From Scyliorhinus canicula (Eukaryota): a stretch of 64,000 bases of DNA. The DNA lies in assembly GCF_902713615.1 (NCBI RefSeq), contig NW_024056013.1:560773-624772 (forward strand), read 5' to 3'. Positions 63,051 to 64,000 of the stretch are shown piece after piece (position 1 is the stretch's first letter; every line of letters begins with the position of its first letter). Under the pieces are notes generated by a model. The model worked only from the letters and a program-made list of their open reading frames with translations, did not search any database and was not told where the DNA came from. Made by a program: the position numbers and the translations under genes.

Positions 63051-63519
63051 CTGCACCTGACGATGCACAAAGAGAGATGGGGTGAGAAGCGCGATGTAGT
63101 CAGGCGGACTTCGGGCGGAAACAGGTGAGGGTGGATGAGTTTGTTTCACACCAGTGATACTGATTGGTTGACAGTTCGTATCTGTTTCTAAAATCAGCCA
63201 ATCCCCGTCGTGAGCAGTACCCTTAGTGTCTGAATAAGGGCAGTAATCCGTGGTCAGTTTTACTTTTAAATCTGAGAACACAGTTTAAATCATTCCGTTG
63301 TGCTAATCGGACTGTACACCACATACCATGTGCTGCGTATACCCTTCACTGGCAATCATGGTTCAGTGCCTTCGCTGCAGTCCTCGTTTCTGCTGTGAGG
63401 AGAACAATTTCACCCTCTACCCTCCCTCTACATTATTATTATTAATCAGAAATGAAAGAGCTTTGCTCTGACTGGCTGAATCGTGAAACAAAGGAAGGAT
63501 GTCATCTGCCGTTTGTGTC

Positions 63520-63760
63520 ATAGAATCCCAACAATGCAGAAAGAGGCCATTCGGCCTATCGAGTCTGCAGGGATACTTAGATCGAACCAATCGCCCGCGC
63601 TGTAACCACACCTAACCTTGCTCATCTATGGGAGAAAACCGGAACACCGAAGGAAGCCCACACAGAATATGAAAACTCCACACAGGTTCAATTCCCAAGG
63701 CCGGAATTGAACCCGGGTCCCTGGCGCTGTGAGGCTGCAGTGCTACCCACTGTGCCACGG
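63520..63760 (-). mobile_element. HE1-like SINE
   Basis: CATAGAATCCCAACAATGCAG tail and B-box on minus. Confidence 0.75.
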
Positions 63761-64000
63761 TATTATTTCTGTTGGTGTATGTTAATTAACTGAAATATAT
63801 GAAAACTATAATTGTTCTGTATTCTCTATGATCGGGGAGCTGATAAATCACCTTGTGGGTGTTTAGCTCCCCTTCTATAGCTTGAATAAATGCGTTGTGA
63901 ACTGAAACTATTTGCGTGTCGTCTGGTCAGAGGAACACTGTCGGTGTGAAGATTGATATTCACAGCATCCATTCCGTGACAAATATACAACAGCAGAGGG

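Overview
Shark (elasmobranch) genomic DNA, repeat-dense, carrying an antigen-receptor locus on the minus strand. In transcriptional order: two intact TCR alpha/delta-type V genes (leader + V exon + 22/23-bp RSS) at about 58.3 kb and 52.7 kb; a tRNA-Val/tRNA-Arg pair at about 49.9 kb; then a complete IgM heavy-chain cluster (leader, VH, one D, one J, Cmu1-4 with secretory tail, TM1, TM2) spanning about 40.5 to 11.1 kb. The VH looks germline-joined to a D1. The mu C exons carry five small deletions, which are either pseudogenisation or assembly errors. A 29-bp AGCT-rich minisatellite sits just upstream of Cmu1. The left end holds a 12-finger C2H2 zinc-finger gene and a truncated head-to-head ZNF partner sharing a YY1/NRF1-type promoter. 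The rest is tRNA-derived SINEs (HE1-like and others), CR1, L1, Rex1 and RTE LINE fragments, a solo LTR, minisatellites and TG/GA low-complexity tracts. The most notable feature is the co-oriented, 12/23-compatible juxtaposition of TCR V genes with an IgM D-J-C cluster. All assignments were made by eye from the sequence and the ORF track; no database searches were run.
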